Source: Octopus bimaculoides (taxonomy: Eukaryota). Taken from it: 35,499 bases of DNA. The translations under genes were made by a program, and so were the position numbers. Below are positions 33,684 to 35,499 of this stretch, one piece after another (within the stretch, counting starts at the first letter, position 1; each line of letters begins with the position of its first letter). Location: positions 27,431,202 through 27,466,700 of the forward strand of contig NC_068986.1 of assembly GCF_001194135.2 (NCBI RefSeq). Reading direction: 5' to 3'. The notes below the pieces were generated by a model, which had not been told where the DNA came from, searched no databases, and worked only from the letters and a program-made list of their open reading frames with translations.

Positions 33684-33707
33684 TAGACTTTCACAATAGT
33701 TGGGAAG
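33684..33707 (+). CDS. Candidate 24-nt (or 21-nt, NAGNAG) microexon, phase 1-1
   Basis: CTCTCTCGCTCTTTTCAG|TAG|ACTTTCACAATAGTTGGGAAG|GTAAAA. Both lengths are multiples of 3 and, for the 24-nt form, only phase 1 is stop-free: (V)DFHNSWE(G). Confidence 0.2.
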
Positions 33708-34315
33708 GTAAAAAGACAAAATGGCCACTTGTCATGTGATGTGTGACTTCACTAGTGCTCTGTTGGTTGCCCTGAAAATAGCAGAAATTTCCATCCATTG
33801 TCTGCCAGGTGAAAAGTAGTTCTGTTTTTCTATTCATTGCCATTGTGTGTTTGTTTGTGTGTGTGTATTCTGATATGATATTTTTCGGGTAAACATAAAT
33901 TGCACAATTTTAAATCATTATTAAATGAAGTGGTTCATTTCAAGATAGACTGTATGGTTCACATTTTATTTATTATTATTTTTTTTTTTTTGTAAGTTTG
34001 AAAGCTCAAACTGCTCAGTATATAGTCACAGATAGCAATGTGGTACATTCTTTGTGTTGTTTGGAAGTTTGCATCTCTAACCATTAAGAAAGTCTGCTGA
34101 AGATCACTCTGTCCATGAAAAGAAGTAATGACAGGCAATGCATGCATGCACACACACACATACATGCACTACAGCCTACAAATACATATTGAGTGCTTTG
34201 GGTTTTCACACATGCAAAAAGTGCAGCATCTAATGGTAATGTTTACATGCACACAAAGCAAAAATGAGAAAAGTGAAATAAGTTAGAGTGGCCAGTGACA
34301 TAAATTTGATCAATT

Positions 34316-34465
34316 ATCATCATCAACATCATCATTTAGTGTCCATTTTCCATGCTGGCATGGGTTAGAAAGTTTGATTGGAACTGGTCAGCTAGAGAGC
34401 TCTACCAGGCTCCAGTCAGGTTTGGCTTGATTTCTACAGCTAGATTCCCTTTCTAATGCCAGTCA
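34316..34465 (-). mobile_element. Family-C SINE-like repeat, 3' part
   Basis: CATCATCATTTAGTGTCCATTTTCCATGCTGGCATGGGTT..ACCAGGCTCCAGTC..TTTCTACAGCTAGAT. Confidence 0.7.
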
Positions 34466-35139
34466 TTGAAATTATCTTTCAGGGAAGGTAAAACAATTGT
34501 CTGGTGGCAAATCCAAATAGGAAGGGGAGACAATCTCAAAACTCAAGAATTCTCTAGAATTGATATGCCTTTAAGGTAAAAGAGTGATGGTGAGAGAAAA
34601 ATTGACTTCAACGTGTGCTTCAACTTCAGTGGGCTTCACACACATACACCCACCCACGCACCATTGCGTTTGTTTAGCAGAGTCCACTCTGTTGCCAGCA
34701 CTCTGACCATGACTTCATTACAAGGTTAGCTCAATATCTTGATGTGGTGCTTCCTGCTGGAGCAACAATGCTTGATTTGTATTCGCCACTGTCCCACCTT
34801 CATGTCGGTGGGGGCGGGTGTGTGTGTGTGTGTGGGGGGAGGAGAGCTGCAAAGGTCAGTCATAACTGCTGACCTTCATCCTCTAAACATGCACCACCCC
34901 CACCCACTAAAGAACAAAAAAAAAACCCAGAATTACACGTCTACAGATACATACACATGCATATACATACATACATANNNNNNNNNNNNNNNNNNNNNNN
35001 NNNNNNNNNNNNNNNNNNNNNNNNNNNNNNNNNNNNNNNNNNNNNNNNNNNNNNNNNNNNNNNNNNNNNNNNNNNNNNNNNNNNNNNNNNNNNNNNNNNN
35101 NNNNNNNNNNNNNNNNNNNNNNNNNNNNNNNNNNNNNNN

Positions 35140-35175
<36 letters not shown>

Positions 35176-35499
35176 TCTCTCACTCATGCCCAAACACATA
35201 TGTATGCATGGAAACACCCACATGCGTGCGTGTGTGTGTGTATATATGTGTGTGTGTGTGTGTGGTGTAATAAAAAGTAAATGAAAAGACCAAAAGCAAT
35301 CATTTTTAATAAATGCTACACTGACTATCTGACATTATCTATGGTTATTATATCAGCTTTGCTTGTAATTGCTATTTGGTCATTGGCACACATTCTGTTT
35401 ATCTGTATTTGCTGTTGTATGTATGTGTGCATGCATGCATGCATACGCAAGCACATGCACATATGTGTATGCGTGTGTGCATATGTATGTATATATATA

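Noticed and set aside
917-33739. Many ORFs with poly-I, HTHT, CVCV, YIYI or LSLS runs
   Set aside because: Translations of (ATT)n, (CA)n, (TA)n and (CT)n microsatellites and of SINE copies.
34808-34843. G-rich stretch with possible G-quadruplex potential
   Set aside because: Only three clear G-runs separated by a (GT)n loop; nothing links it to a feature.

Overview
AT-rich animal genomic DNA from a draft scaffold, with six N-gaps and dense di-/tri-nucleotide microsatellites. The interspersed repeat families look like those I associate with Octopus (coleoid cephalopod); this is recognition from memory, not a database result. I cannot identify any protein-coding gene with confidence, and nearly all ORF-track entries are microsatellite, SINE or N-gap artefacts. 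The window reads as a large intron or intergenic region. Well supported: many SINE or SINE-like copies in about 7 families (working labels A-G), an RTE-clade LINE 3' fragment (1472-1835 +), a CR1/L2/Jockey-group LINE 3' fragment (30600-30790 -), a mariner transposase remnant (14350-14966 -) interrupted by a TTAA-flanked piggyBac-type MITE, and a 31-bp minisatellite. The most interesting signal is a minimal type-I hammerhead-ribozyme-like fold at 22016-22051 with two non-canonical core positions, inside a repeat that may derive from a Penelope-like element. Weaker leads are several + strand exon candidates open in phase 1 (including a 108-nt cassette and a 21/24-nt microexon), inverted SINE pairs that could be ADAR substrates, and a pre-miRNA-sized hairpin. 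No CRISPR array, rRNA or true tRNA gene is present.
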